A DNA stretch of 64,000 nucleotides from Candidatus Limnocylindrales bacterium (GTDB lineage: Bacteria > Chloroflexota > Limnocylindria > Limnocylindrales > CSP1-4): contig DASWZK010000018.1 of NCBI GenBank assembly GCA_036404515.1, positions 289 to 64,288 on the forward strand, written 5' to 3'. Positions 11,401-19,311 of this stretch are shown here, piece by piece. The position numbers and the translations under genes are program-made. Under the pieces are notes generated by a model that saw only the letters and a list, made by a program, of their open reading frames with translations, made no database searches and was not told where the DNA came from. The stretch's first letter is position 1, and each line of letters begins with the position of its first letter.

Positions 11401-11766
11401 CACCACGGCCGCCAGGCCCAGGTCGGCAAACATGGGCACGAGCTTCACGCCCTCGCCGATGTTGCCGCCGGTCAGCAGGCTGACGGCACCCAGCAACAGC
11501 AGGTAGACCGGGGGATAGTCGATGAAGCTCGCCCGGTCGTAGAAGCCGATGGGGCCATTGCGGGCGATGTCGTTGGCCCAGGCCTGGAACGCCCCGAGGT
11601 CGTTAGGGAAGCCCGACCCTGGCAAGAGGACGTATGCGATGATGAGGCGGAGGATCAGACCCAGGGCCAGGAGAACGACGATGGCGGGAATTCTTGTGAC
11701 GGCACCGCTCGTCCCCGCCGACACGCGCCCCCGTGGGCTGCCCTCTCGCGAGCTCGGGCCTGCCAA
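5461..11766 (-). CDS. 2101-aa polytopic membrane protein with two fused GT-C glycosyltransferase modules: N-terminal Gpi18/DUF2029-like, C-terminal PMT/GT39-like with a large inserted soluble domain
   Basis: One uninterrupted ORF.
- aa ~25-605: many TM helices with the FPNDLGAFQAW..FIDYPPVYLLLL motif.
- aa ~640-745: acidic/Pro linker.
- aa 782-783: DE in MYFDEVYHA, followed by THPMLAKY (PMT loop-1 signature).
- aa ~826-1265: Thr/Ser/Gly-rich beta-strand repeats (propeller-like).
- aa ~1700-1800: HPAASPWWAWPMDLKPVWF..GNPALWW..FQYHFY, matching the bacterial PMT C-terminal region. Confidence 0.75.
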   Translation of the reverse strand: MAGPSSREGSPRGRVSAGTSGAVTRIPAIVVLLALGLILRLIIAYVLLPGSGFPNDLGAFQAWANDIARNGPIGFYDRASFIDYPPVYLLLLGAVSLLTGGNIGEGVKLVPMFADLGLAAVVWLMALEMGVTRRRAFIAAVIVLVNPITWFNSAIWGQADAVGSIFLLLGLRELQKDRRESASALAVLAVLTKLQLGVLGFVVGFVVLRRSLAPKTGEPEPERILSSLGAGLVTAALICLPFTGLDLVGAAGRIATGPGLATIAVGLVAGVGVFSLGRRHLPVADLARRTQASALLGLGTLVVFAGMVYDSIASHLINTFGEYPYLTLNAYNPWALVAEGANAMDRSLAWIHDAPWTDAASGASGTGYLIGPFPPSVLVLALVMVVLLVVAALAGRRLSRGLEDAPDPAAVDTGADLDASRGASHRFRMEFGGLSYAFLIAAAGITAVVLIGMTGLLYAAVLGDGLLLTILIGVSIWAAWRDDAQSLLVALTVLTIAFFVVPTRAHERYLFPFFGLGAVLLVVSWRWRVAYVVLSVVNAANLLAVLVQYQGIPAADGTVAGTLNDWGNGLLSARWFDGIIWPIAVCGVTTGLAMVWALLQLRGRAVAALDREVTRAALEPEPGGWPTFGLADSYGAPIPATAPSLAAAGFASGVPATEAVPADAESSVAVQTVYTATGEPDLEGPEYAPSAPYDLNLADEDEYWAEDDSEGEDRPRYVPRLVMSLWRRLARPSSHPDRSASLDSEPRGRVDRLDLWVVVALVVVTLSLRVYRLGEPMQMYFDEVYHARSATEFLQDWRYDIPHDIYEWTHPMLAKYAIAGGITLFSDDKVTATGDINATVKATLVQPRTATSPGADPNNPNSSDPNARFGDRLFVATGSDVLVYDLQTRALVQTYSIPGAESFSTVGPTGLVYVGSSSGQIYRIDTNNLDDLQNGVTTTVKPPVELGVSAGLSITHLYSGTPPYLLAADNSGNIVSIDLNQNGGSISARGVVPGAADFADLGLGPAVLIKNASSTSLASQSSMPPTGSTTTPSSEAQALATALGLDAASVQAALDAPSTPGVPQALNLGPLSSDQVTAVQNLVAAGQLPDVQLATSDPQVIVAYQGGIGLLDVSHLILTPAIPTDSPATSIAINTNTDGSINYSQDSYVAAGNSIVLIQLDTTGNSGTVTKDGTQPLQTMPGVVTQVVFDGATRVAQALGRTPDGTGWTVYAIETNGNAVFSDAPLPFQPVAIGLDSTPQLPGTDREEVLALAPNGSIASVDVGQFAFSWRIVGVIFGVLMAACLYLLARILFRRRSIGLLVALFSVIDGMFFAQSRIAMNDTYVGGFLLLAYLIFAIIWLDVWKNRIAFWLGMPILGVLLGLGLASKWVALYAIASIGILILIRSALGRLITILGFAAATGILGSMAINEMVTQPGTGNPTAVVLLIGLALAVVVGGFVWAMSTRTTPDKVVVGVVTAVVAAGLFGATLALSPGTVENGAPNYTFFLIMLAITVIAAAVNAYHPIAWTREELRFGIGAPIVVGVLAGLVGLFIVLAPTSFTAFLRGTYPALGTGLVKLGVVGIAAGAAAAAGFWYAGRLGFGPLAAPPGPDDPSRFADPPAPAPTGWLRLGTGFGLPAAWMSACLLVLPIVVYVALYIPWSMPWQPQTEATGQLPAIACWHIDTSTGQCDNAWPAGHTGQTLWDLTIQMYNYHNDLRASHPAASPWWAWPMDLKPVWFESIGYAGDTGSMIYDGGNPALWWMAIFAMGFICWQAFKRRSLGLALIAVAFFWQWVSWSRIDRAAFQYHFYTALPFFLLGLAYFLAELWHGPSRLTWLLARFAAAAALLFSAVVWLLKYPLCGLARVSTSDYFGNTICGSGTGDVRIEARVLLIAIVLVAALAALALVLWRLERRQDAGREDRWWIAQLLVPVGIAGVLLWWLGQNGPRDLIFEAALPSDGIALVLLPVLAVFALLALRARNPRRFVLGVCVFGIAAFAVLYPNLSALPMPNSIISVYNALLPTWFYGFQFSTNLQPSTTVSPLGTWSIALAVFTMLVAGAVAWAAWERRVVIGFRRWRLLSVGTEAPAATEPAGPDPAGPDATPSAGPSAPKMSRKDKPPN

Positions 11767-13679
11767 CAGATACAGCCTCCTGGGCGGGCGTTGAGGTGGA
11801 GCCGAGTATAACCCAGGCCGGGGGCTCGGACGGGGTGCGCGACCTGAAAGCGAGCACCCCGACCGAGGCGGAACGACCGGCGGAGGAGGCGATCGGGACC
11901 GGCGGTTGGGCGGGCCTGAGCGGACGGTTGTGGGGCATCGGCCTGGTCATCCTGTGCCTGATCGTCTACTACTTCAGCCAGCCGAACCGCGGCAACACAT
12001 ACCTGCACTTCGTTCTGCAGGCCCAATCCTGGCTCGAGGGCAAGACGGCCATCCCCACGCCCGGCTACCAGGACGTGATGCCGATCCTCGACTCGTCCGG
12101 CCAGCCTACCGGCCTCGGCATCATTCCCTTCCCGCCTCTGCCCGCCTGGGTCGATCTGCCCTTCGTCGCGATCTGGCACCTGGCCACCAACGAGCAATTG
12201 CTGGCCACGGTCTTCGCCGCGATCGACGTCGGCATCGCCTACTGGATGCTCGGCTACCTGCGGGTACGCCACGACATTCGAGTGCTGACCTCCCTATTCC
12301 TGGGTCTGGGCACCGTGCTCTGGTACGCCGCGGCCATCGGCTCGACCTGGTTCTTTGCCCACGTCGTTGCCCTTGCCTGCCTGCTGATATCGCTCGGTCT
12401 CGCCCTATCGGCCGACCGTGACGCCAGCGACCCACAGCCGCTCCGCGATGTCGTCGCAGGCATCCGCAGATTCGGCCTGCCGGGTGGCCGGCTGACGCTT
12501 GCCCTTCTTGTGGCCCTCGCCGGGCTGCTGGGGATTCTCCTCGTACTCGCTGGCGCTGGCACTCCTCCGGCCGCTCTCGACTCGGGCCTGGTCGAGGCCG
12601 CTGGGGGCACTCCCGCGGCAGTCATGGCCGGCGTGGGCCTGCTTCTGGGCATCGTGGCCGCCGCCCTGGCCTTCGTGGTTGCTGGCAAGCCTGCCGTCCT
12701 TGCCCCGTTCGCGATCCTGGTCGTGGTTGTCGCGGGTCTGCCGGCTCTCCTCATGGCCGGCGCCGTCGCGCCGTCCATCCTGCTCGTCATCGACGCCATC
12801 CTTGTTGTGGCGGTGGTCGGATTGTGGTCACAGCTCATCAGGCGGCCGAACCGGGTCGATCGGGCAATGGCCGGCCTGCAGACCGCTCTTTCGAGCCCGG
12901 AGGCCGTCCAGGTCGCGGCCGGGATCTTCTTCGGACTGGCCGTCACCGCCCGTCTGACCATCCTCCTCGGCTTCCCGTTCCTGATGCTGGTCGGGGGCGG
13001 AGGAACGTGGCTGCGTCGCGGCCTCCTGGCTGGCGCCGGAGCAGCCGTTCCGCTGGTCACACTGCTGGTGGTCACGTACGCGACGAGCGGCTACCTCTTC
13101 AACCCGGCCTACGTCTTCCAGTATCACAAGGAGCTCCAGGAATACGGCGCCGTGCTCGGCTACAACGCCGGGTGGGCCATCAGCGACATTCGCTACGTGC
13201 CGCACAACCTGATGATCATGCTGTTCGGAGCGCCCGAGATCACGCCCCCCACCGTAGGCGTCTACGGCCCGGACTACGGCACCGCCGCGTGCGTCACCTC
13301 GACCGCTCGGGGCCTCTTCGACTCGAGCTGCCCGCTGGTGATGCCCAACGCCGTTGGCACCAGCATCCTGTTGACGAGCCCGGCGTATCTACTTGGCCTT
13401 CTTGCCTGGCGGCCCCTGGGAGGCGCGAAGATCGATCGGGCCACCGCCGGCGCCACCATTGCCGTGCTGGCTATCGCAGTCGTGAATCTGATGCACTTCA
13501 GCCAGGGCTGGGTCCAGTTCGGCTACCGCTTCAGCAACGACTTCGCTCCGTTCGCGCTGATCCTCGTGGCCGTGGGCGCCAGCCGGCTGGGCCGCCGGTG
13601 GCCGGTCGTCCTGCTCGTGGCCGCGTCGATCGTCGTCAACTTCTGGGGGACCACCTGGGGAGTGATCCTTGGCTGGTGA
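11733..13679 (+). CDS. polytopic membrane protein, probable GT-C-type glycosyltransferase (family unresolved)
   Basis: More than 10 predicted hydrophobic helices and an N-terminal extracytoplasmic loop (YLHFVLQAQSWLEGKTAI..YQDVMPI). It sits between GT-C genes. The start is uncertain: GTG 11796 would remove the overlap with the divergent giant gene. Confidence 0.5.
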   Translation: MGCPLASSGLPTDTASWAGVEVEPSITQAGGSDGVRDLKASTPTEAERPAEEAIGTGGWAGLSGRLWGIGLVILCLIVYYFSQPNRGNTYLHFVLQAQSWLEGKTAIPTPGYQDVMPILDSSGQPTGLGIIPFPPLPAWVDLPFVAIWHLATNEQLLATVFAAIDVGIAYWMLGYLRVRHDIRVLTSLFLGLGTVLWYAAAIGSTWFFAHVVALACLLISLGLALSADRDASDPQPLRDVVAGIRRFGLPGGRLTLALLVALAGLLGILLVLAGAGTPPAALDSGLVEAAGGTPAAVMAGVGLLLGIVAAALAFVVAGKPAVLAPFAILVVVVAGLPALLMAGAVAPSILLVIDAILVVAVVGLWSQLIRRPNRVDRAMAGLQTALSSPEAVQVAAGIFFGLAVTARLTILLGFPFLMLVGGGGTWLRRGLLAGAGAAVPLVTLLVVTYATSGYLFNPAYVFQYHKELQEYGAVLGYNAGWAISDIRYVPHNLMIMLFGAPEITPPTVGVYGPDYGTAACVTSTARGLFDSSCPLVMPNAVGTSILLTSPAYLLGLLAWRPLGGAKIDRATAGATIAVLAIAVVNLMHFSQGWVQFGYRFSNDFAPFALILVAVGASRLGRRWPVVLLVAASIVVNFWGTTWGVILGW

Positions 13680-15432
13680 GCGCCTGAGGCGGTTTCGACC
13701 CGATCTCCGCCGTCTCGCCAGCCCGGACGTACTCGATGCGGCGGCGGCTCCGGTCTTGGGGGCCGGGCTGACGCTCCTTCTCGTCATCCCAACCCTCGCC
13801 CCGGGCGTGCTGAACTGGGACACGGCCGAGTTCCAGACCGTCGGCCCGGTTCTCGGGACCGCCCATCCAACCGGCTTCCCGAGCTACGTGATCCTGGGCT
13901 GGCTTGCCTCGATCGTGCTCCAGCCGTTCGGCGATCCGGCCTATCGGATGAACCTGCTGCAGGCGATCCTGGCGGCCGTGGCTGTGGCCGGGACGGTCAG
14001 TGTGATCCAGGTGCTGACGGGTCGGCGGCTGATCGCCCTGGCCACGGGCCTGATGCTCGCCTGCAGCCAGCTCTTCTGGCGGCTCTCAACTCACGCCGAC
14101 CCGCACATGTTCCACCTCGCTCTCGTGGCGATCCTGTTCGTCGTTCTGTTGACGTGGGACCGGCAGGTCCATAGCGACAAGCCGGAGACGGTCCGCCGTG
14201 CTGACCGATGGCTCGTAGTGGCGGCCGGCATCTACGGCGTGGCCGTCGCCAACCACTCCCTTGCCCTGCTGCTGCCGCCAGCGATCGGGCTGTTCGTCCT
14301 GGTGGCGGACTGGCGGATCGTCTTCCGCCCGCGGACGATCGTGGCCTGCGTTGCCGTGCTGGTCGTCGCCGTCGTGGTCCTCTTCAGCGAGCTGCCAATC
14401 CGGGCCGCCATGAACGCCCCTCTTGTATACGGTCACCCTGACACGTGGAGCGGCTTCCAGTACGTGGTCCTGGCGGAGCAGTTCCGGGGCAGCCTCTCGG
14501 ATCCGTTCGGCGACCTCCCGACCAAGGCGGGCCAGGTGATGGACCTCCTTGTCGGCTGGCTCGGGCCGTTCGGCATGTTGGCCGCGGTCGGCTTCGGCAC
14601 GAGCCTCGTCCGACGCCCGCGCTACGTCATCCTGAGCGGGCTCTCGGCCGTGGCGACGTCCGTCTTCGCAGCGTCGTATGCCAACGCCGACATCGAGCGT
14701 TACTACCTCGTGCCGCTCCTTGTGGCCTTCACGTGGGTCGGCCTCGGAGCGGCCGACCTGGTCGCCCTCGTCGGCTGGATCGTGGCGGAGGCGCGACGCC
14801 GGCTGGCAATCGGGGCGGTTGCGCCGATGGAGCCGGAGGGTGAAGCAACGGCGGAATCCGAGGCGGCTGAGCCGGAGGAGGCAGTGCCCGGGCTCGCTAC
14901 GGGCCCAACCTACTGGACTCGCCGTGACGACGGAGGTCAGGTCGGCTGGGTCATCCTGGTCGGCGAGATTGCGGTGGCGGCGGCGATGGTGTTCTCGACC
15001 ATTGGCGTCGTCCCCGAGCGGCAGCTCCTTGCGAGCGGCGGCGATCCGGGCGCGGTGAGCGAGGCCGACAGCACCTCAGACGCGGCCTTCATGAACGCGG
15101 TTCTGGCGCCGGCGGATGGCGGCGGGCTGCCGACAAACTCGGTGATCATGAGCTGGTGGAGCGTCTCGACCACCCTGTGGTACGGCCAGAAGGTCCTTGG
15201 CCTGCGGCCCGACATATACATCATCGACGACAGCACGCGGGTGGACGACAACCTGGGCACCGTTCAGGATGTCTTCAACAGATACCTGGGTAATAGGCCG
15301 GTCTTCACGATTCGGCTGGATGGCGGCGTCGACGGCATGGCCGCGCTCAGCACGGAATACGACATGCAGACGTACAGCCTCAACGGGGGCTTCACGATCA
15401 GTCGGGTAGTCAGTCGAAAGGCAGGCCAGTGA
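13669..15432 (+). CDS. DUF2723 (TMEM260-like) membrane protein, putative protein O-mannosyltransferase-type GT-C
   Basis: N-terminal motif NWDTAEFQTVGPVLGTAHPTGFPSY matches the DUF2723 signature (D..EF....lG.aHPpGyP). Multiple TM helices and a C-terminal soluble domain. Overlaps the preceding gene by 11 nt. Confidence 0.65.
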   Translation: MAGERLRRFRPDLRRLASPDVLDAAAAPVLGAGLTLLLVIPTLAPGVLNWDTAEFQTVGPVLGTAHPTGFPSYVILGWLASIVLQPFGDPAYRMNLLQAILAAVAVAGTVSVIQVLTGRRLIALATGLMLACSQLFWRLSTHADPHMFHLALVAILFVVLLTWDRQVHSDKPETVRRADRWLVVAAGIYGVAVANHSLALLLPPAIGLFVLVADWRIVFRPRTIVACVAVLVVAVVVLFSELPIRAAMNAPLVYGHPDTWSGFQYVVLAEQFRGSLSDPFGDLPTKAGQVMDLLVGWLGPFGMLAAVGFGTSLVRRPRYVILSGLSAVATSVFAASYANADIERYYLVPLLVAFTWVGLGAADLVALVGWIVAEARRRLAIGAVAPMEPEGEATAESEAAEPEEAVPGLATGPTYWTRRDDGGQVGWVILVGEIAVAAAMVFSTIGVVPERQLLASGGDPGAVSEADSTSDAAFMNAVLAPADGGGLPTNSVIMSWWSVSTTLWYGQKVLGLRPDIYIIDDSTRVDDNLGTVQDVFNRYLGNRPVFTIRLDGGVDGMAALSTEYDMQTYSLNGGFTISRVVSRKAGQ

Positions 15433-16232
15433 GCGCAGATGCGGGTCCGGTCGGGGCAGACGAGGCGTCGGGGTCAACCGCCTCGCGCGTCGCCGAACTC
15501 TCTTTCTTCTTCCCCGCTCACAACGAGGAGGCCAATCTCGCGGCCCTTGTCGATGAGGCTCTGGTTGCCCTGCCCGCGCTGGCCGAGAAGTTCGAGATCA
15601 TCGCCATCGACGACGGCTCGCGCGACCGTACTCCGGCAATCGCCGACGAGCTAACTGCTCGGTACCCGGACACGTTCCGGGTCGTCCACCACCCGGCCAA
15701 CCTGGGCTACGGCGCTGCGTTGCGGTCCGGATTCGAGGCCGCTCGCTTTGGGCTGATCGCCTTCATCGACGGCGATCGCCAGTTCAAGGTAGCTGACGTC
15801 GGCCGCCTCACCGGGCGCCTGGCCGGGGCCGACGCCCCTGACGTGGTGGTGGGCTATCGCCTCAAGCGGGCCGACCCGCCGATCCGGCGCTGGTACGCCC
15901 GCATCTACCGCCTCTCCAACCGTATCTTCTTCGGAGTCCGGGTCCGCGACATCGACTGTGCCTGCAAGCTGTTCAAGCGCGAGGCGCTGACTCCGATCCG
16001 CGTCTCCTCGGGCGGGGCCTTCTTCACGGCCGAACTGCTCATCAAGCTTCGCTTCGAGGGTCGCAGGATCGGGGAAGTCGGCGTGCCGCACTACCCGAGG
16101 ACGGCCGGCTCGCCCACGGGGGCCAAGCCAAGGGTCGTCCTCCGGGCGGTTCGCGACTTCTGGTCGCTGCGATTCCGCCTATGGGTCCGGCGCGGCGACG
16201 CGATGCAGGAGGGCGAGCCCATCCTCGGTTAG
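15429..16232 (+). CDS. GT2 polyprenyl-phosphate sugar synthase (Ppm1/DPM1/ArnC-like)
   Basis: FFFPAHNEEANL, IIAIDDGSRDRT, GYGAALRSG, FIDGDRQF and ACKLFKRE motifs of the dolichyl/polyprenyl-phosphate mannose or glucose synthase type. GTGA overlap with the upstream gene. Confidence 0.8.
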   Translation: MSADAGPVGADEASGSTASRVAELSFFFPAHNEEANLAALVDEALVALPALAEKFEIIAIDDGSRDRTPAIADELTARYPDTFRVVHHPANLGYGAALRSGFEAARFGLIAFIDGDRQFKVADVGRLTGRLAGADAPDVVVGYRLKRADPPIRRWYARIYRLSNRIFFGVRVRDIDCACKLFKREALTPIRVSSGGAFFTAELLIKLRFEGRRIGEVGVPHYPRTAGSPTGAKPRVVLRAVRDFWSLRFRLWVRRGDAMQEGEPILG

Positions 16233-16399
16233 GGCGGATCCGGCCGATCAGGCCGGATGACCATTCTGTCGGGCACCTCATCTCGCCGATCCGACGTGCC
16301 AAGGCAGAGGCAACGACGAGCACCGCAGCGAGCGCACTTGAAGATGCGTGAGCGACTGGCGCAGGAGCCACGCAGGAGCGCGGCGACTGCCCTGCGAGA

Positions 16400-16924
16400 T
16401 CACTCGCGGGGTGACCCCTCCGAGCCGGGCCCTTCTCGGAAACCCTCTTCAAGGTTCACGTCGAGTGAGTTGACGAACTCTCGAAAGACCTCGAGCTTCT
16501 CGTCGACCTGTATCTCCGGCTCCACGCCAGCGCGGTCCAGGACCTCGGCCGAGGCGAAGATACGGACGCCGGTCCGAACGGCCAGGGCGAGTGCGTCCGA
16601 CGGTCGGGCGTCGAGGGCGTAGGTTTGGCCGTCCCGCTCAAGCTCGAGAGTGGCATGAAATGTCTCATCGGCGAGGCTCGAGACGATGACCCGCCGAAGC
16701 GTCACGCCAAGCTCGGCCAGAGTGGCTGCGAACAGGTCGTGCGTCAGGGGCCGCTCGGGCTTCACACCCTGGAGCCGCGTGGCGATGGCGTTGGCCTCCC
16801 AGGGCCCGATCCAGATCGGGAGGTAGCGCTCGCGTTCGGTTTCCTTTAGCAGGACGACATGCTGACTGGAGAGCATGTGCACCCGGACGCTCTCGACGAC
16901 GACTTCGGCGAGCGACTCTGCCAT
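16400..16924 (-). CDS. bifunctional nuclease family protein (DUF151/BFN)
   Basis: VVLLKE..ERYLPIWIGPWEANAIA..L.G..PERPLTHDL and DARPSDALALA are the DUF151 signature. Confidence 0.75.
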   Translation of the reverse strand: MAESLAEVVVESVRVHMLSSQHVVLLKETERERYLPIWIGPWEANAIATRLQGVKPERPLTHDLFAATLAELGVTLRRVIVSSLADETFHATLELERDGQTYALDARPSDALALAVRTGVRIFASAEVLDRAGVEPEIQVDEKLEVFREFVNSLDVNLEEGFREGPGSEGSPRE

Positions 16925-16943
16925 CGGCCGATTATCCCACTCC

Positions 16944-16975
16944 GGAACCGGCGTCGCGGCGGAGACGCCGGTTCC
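16944..16975 (-). terminator. perfect 12-bp stem hairpin between the 750-aa gene stop and the BFN start (terminator, attenuator or mRNA stabiliser)
   Basis: GGAACCGGCGTC (16944-16955) pairs perfectly with GACGCCGGTTCC (16964-16975) around an 8-nt loop. The stem abuts the TAG stop at 16975-16977. Confidence 0.35.
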
Positions 16976-19227
16976 TACTTGGTCGCGCTCGCGCCCGGCG
17001 TCGGCGAAGGGCTCCCGCTGCCTGATGCAGTTGGCGACGGCGAGCTGTTCGGATTGAGAGAGGCGCGCATCAGGCTGCCGCCCTCGGTCCAGTACAGCGT
17101 CGGGTTGGTGCCGCCGGTCCCGGTGGTTACGAACAGGCCGGTCAGTGCGGTGAACCAGGGGGTGTTGGCCGGAACTATGTATTCCCCGACGATGGAGCCG
17201 TCGCTCTTCTCGAAGGCGACGATGCGCCGATTGAGACCGTCGTAGGCGTAGAACGTGCCCTGATCCTGAGCCGGGTTGTCGGCCGTCAGCTTAGTGTAGT
17301 AGGGAGCTTTCGGTCGGATCAGGGTGTCCGGGGGCGGGTCGGGCGACCAGCCGTGGATTGCCTGGCCCAGGACGTACTGTGTGATCTGGCCCTTGTCGAC
17401 GAGGTACACCTTCCCGTCAACGTACATATCGTCGACCGTCGAGACGTCCTGGGCGACGCTCAGGTAGTTGGCCCGGCCGGCCGCTGGGTAGCCGCTGTTG
17501 TCGGTCGCGGGCGGGTACTTGAGGATCTGGTGCGCGCTCGGAACGACGATGTAGATGTTGTACTGGCCTATCTGCGGGTTGACGATGAACGTGCCGATGG
17601 CGCGAGCACCGATGCCCCAGTTCGCGTTGTCCGGGATGTTCACCTTGATCAGAGAGCCACGACCGGTGTTGTTGCCCTGCGCAGGGCGCCAGCGCCAGAG
17701 ATTGTTGAAGCTATCCAGGATCAGCACATCCTGCCCACCGGTGGCGAGCAGGCGTGGATTGCCGGCGACGGCGCCTCCCCCCAGCGGCTCCTGGTTGGCG
17801 GCGACCACAGGGACCTTGGCCCCGGTCTGGAGGTTGACCCAGTAGACGGTGTTGACGGTGTTGTCGAGGACGTAGGCCGCCCCATCGGGACCGAGAACTA
17901 CCCCTTCGAGGTCGTCCGTCCCGAACGACAGTACCGTCTGCGGTTGGATGGTGGTGACGTTGTAGTACCGGTCGAGCCCAGCCACAACCTGGGCCAGCGG
18001 ATCGGCGATCAGAGCCGGCTGGTAACCGTTCTGTTGCGCGATCTGCAGCTCCTTGTAGGCATCCGTGAGATACCCCGCGGCCGTGGCCGGGTCGCTCGAC
18101 AGGAGATCGCGACCGTGACCACTTACGGCGTCGAGATCCGCTTGAGCCTGGGCGAATGCTTGCTGGGCCGTCTGCTGCTGGTCGATGTTGGCCGTGCGGC
18201 CCGCGCCCGACAGGAACCACATGCTGGTGCCAACGACGGTGACCACGATCAGCAAGCCGACTACCGCGATAGCGGCTCGCTGCTGCCGCTCGCGGCGGAC
18301 GGTCATTGGCGTGACCCGACCGCGAGACATCGCCCGCTGCGGCATGCGGTCGAAGAGGCCATACACGCCGCGGCGCAGCCAGCCATCGGCCGCGATCTGA
18401 GCCTGCCGGGCCGAGGTTTGCACCACGGCGACCCCGCCCATCACGGTGTCCGCCAGCGGGATCGGGGAGCGATCGGGAGCGCCCTCCATGGAGTCGCCCG
18501 GCCAGACCGGCTTGAGAGGAGCGGCCTTGTGCGTTGAAGCCACTTCGGTGGCCTCAATGAACAGCACGCCGTCGCCGCCGGTGCTGCCGAGGCTGCCCGA
18601 CCCGAACTGGCGGTGGATCTCCTCGACCGCGGCCTGGGGATGGAGCTGCAGGACGGCGTCCTGGATGGAGCCAAGGCCGATGCGGCGGGATAAGTTGGGC
18701 GACATAAGGATGAGGCAGTCGCCCGCGACGATCTCGCCGTGCCAGACGTCGGGCCCGTCGATATCCTCGGCAGGCAGGCCGCTGTCTGGACTCGCGTCGG
18801 GGAGAGTCAGGAGCCGAGCCTGTCGGAGCATGTATGCCTCGGCAGGGCCGATGGTGGCCACATACAGCTCGTTTCCACGGATGACCGCCACAGCGAGACC
18901 AATCGGGCTCGGCTCGCCGGGACCAACCAGGGGACGGCCTGGCGAATGGAGGAGCACCTTGTTGGCCGCTCGGACGGCCTTCCGCAGGCAAACCGAGATG
19001 CCGGCCGAGAGGTCGTAGTAGTAGTCGTCGCGGATCCTCTCAGCGACGAGCTTGGTCGCCTCGCGCAGCTTGCGCCCGCCTACCCCCGTGACGAGCAGAT
19101 AGAGACTCCCCTTCGTTCGCGACGTCGAGCCGATGTTGGGCTCGACCACAACAACAGTGTCGGCTGAGTCAGGGAGGCGTTGTGACTCGGCGATGACGCC
19201 GAGATTCATCTGAAGGCGGACGGCCAT
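16975..19227 (-). CDS. membrane protein with an N-terminal degenerate PP2C/SpoIIE-like domain, one TM helix and a C-terminal beta-propeller-like domain
   Basis: The N-terminal ~230 aa have PP2C-like strand patterning (LYLLVTGVGG.., LAVAVIRGNELYVATIGPAEAYMLR, GDCLILMSPNL), but the usual DGxGG Asp is replaced (TGVGG). TM helix AAIAVVGLLIVVTVVGTSMWFL. The C-terminus has repeated beta-strand blades and a Ser/Pro tail. Confidence 0.55.
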   Translation of the reverse strand: MAVRLQMNLGVIAESQRLPDSADTVVVVEPNIGSTSRTKGSLYLLVTGVGGRKLREATKLVAERIRDDYYYDLSAGISVCLRKAVRAANKVLLHSPGRPLVGPGEPSPIGLAVAVIRGNELYVATIGPAEAYMLRQARLLTLPDASPDSGLPAEDIDGPDVWHGEIVAGDCLILMSPNLSRRIGLGSIQDAVLQLHPQAAVEEIHRQFGSGSLGSTGGDGVLFIEATEVASTHKAAPLKPVWPGDSMEGAPDRSPIPLADTVMGGVAVVQTSARQAQIAADGWLRRGVYGLFDRMPQRAMSRGRVTPMTVRRERQQRAAIAVVGLLIVVTVVGTSMWFLSGAGRTANIDQQQTAQQAFAQAQADLDAVSGHGRDLLSSDPATAAGYLTDAYKELQIAQQNGYQPALIADPLAQVVAGLDRYYNVTTIQPQTVLSFGTDDLEGVVLGPDGAAYVLDNTVNTVYWVNLQTGAKVPVVAANQEPLGGGAVAGNPRLLATGGQDVLILDSFNNLWRWRPAQGNNTGRGSLIKVNIPDNANWGIGARAIGTFIVNPQIGQYNIYIVVPSAHQILKYPPATDNSGYPAAGRANYLSVAQDVSTVDDMYVDGKVYLVDKGQITQYVLGQAIHGWSPDPPPDTLIRPKAPYYTKLTADNPAQDQGTFYAYDGLNRRIVAFEKSDGSIVGEYIVPANTPWFTALTGLFVTTGTGGTNPTLYWTEGGSLMRASLNPNSSPSPTASGSGSPSPTPGASATK

Positions 19228-19311
19228 TGGCGGCAGCTAGCGGCGGGAATGATGGCGCCCGTAGTGACCGGCCGCATCCCAGGCGGCCGAGCCGGCGTTC
19301 GCAGGTGGGGA

